Assembly (NCBI RefSeq): GCF_036588685.1
Contig: NC_086376.1
Span: forward strand, 86,159,630 to 86,223,629
Direction of reading: 5' to 3'
Length of the DNA: 64,000 nt
From: Mytilus trossulus
Taxonomy: Eukaryota
Shown here: in pieces, positions 63,211 through 64,000 of the stretch
Numbering within the stretch: position 1 is the first letter of the stretch
Layout of the letters: each line of letters begins with the position of its first letter
Position numbers and translations under genes: made by a program
The notes under the pieces: model-generated
What the model was told of the DNA's origin: nothing
Database searches by the model: none
The model's input: only the letters and a program-made list of their open reading frames with translations

Positions 63211-64000
63211 AAGTAAATTCGTTTTTCTTCTGCTTAAGGTAAAATTTTATACTTATATATCTATAGAATTTTTTATTTAAAAAAAATACATGTTCTATGA
63301 AAATTAAAGAAGGGGGAAAACTGTCTTTCCATTGGACGAAAAGGGGTGAGTATATTATAACGACTCATTAATTTGATTAAATCAAAGAAATAAGTTATTT
63401 GTGAACTATATTCTAACAAGAATAAATTTGATCAATATGGGTTCGTTAACCATGAAAAGTTAAAACAGATATGGCTATTTTCATCTGAACCTGTCACTCA
63501 CAGGGTGAACAGACTATATGTAATGAATCAGGAAGAAAGTATATCAACATATCTGAAATAGTCAGTGTACTCTTTGTATGAATTATTGCCATAAAACGTC
63601 GATTTTCATCATGTCAATCAATGAATATCTGAACTATAAGACCTTATCTTATAAAATAAAAAGAAAGCTTGGCCTGGCAAAAGAAAGAAAAAATTGTGCC
63701 AGAATCTTCACTTCACCTTTTACATGATATCGTTTGTGTTTGCCGCCAAATGTTAAGGAACAAGCCTGTTCAAGTTTATTATTTATCTTTGAATAGAAAA
63801 GGAGGGGTGCAAGTAAAAATATAAATAGAGACATTCAATGTACGTCGTCCGTATCATTCTGAAATAATCCCTTGAGAGGACACTGTTAGGTTACTGCTTA
63901 CATTTTGTAAATACAACTGTTTCTCAAATCACGCCTGTTCTAGAGAGATATATAATATTTATAGATATTTTGTTTTGTTTTTGTACTTTTTCCCATAAAT

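Overview
AT-rich eukaryotic DNA. The repeat content suggests a bivalve mollusc, probably Mytilus-like (inference). One intact protein-coding region is clear: an NPY/NPF-type class A GPCR whose CDS is a single exon (29813-30910, +). The rest is intronic or intergenic DNA dense in transposon relics. These include a 5'-truncated Penelope-like (Naiad-type) RT element, a decayed PAT/DIRS-group tyrosine-recombinase retrotransposon with near-identical split direct repeats, an internally deleted Tc1 element, several MITEs and palindromic elements. The main signal is in the retro-derived repeats. The Penelope-like 3' region and two other repeat families, otherwise unalike by eye, share a circularly permuted (type-P5) twister-ribozyme fold with compensatory base changes. 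A fourth family carries minimal type-I hammerheads, one with an intact core. A fifth family carries a conserved structured motif that I cannot assign to a known class. All calls were made by eye with no database searches. Most short ORFs in the supplied track are spurious.
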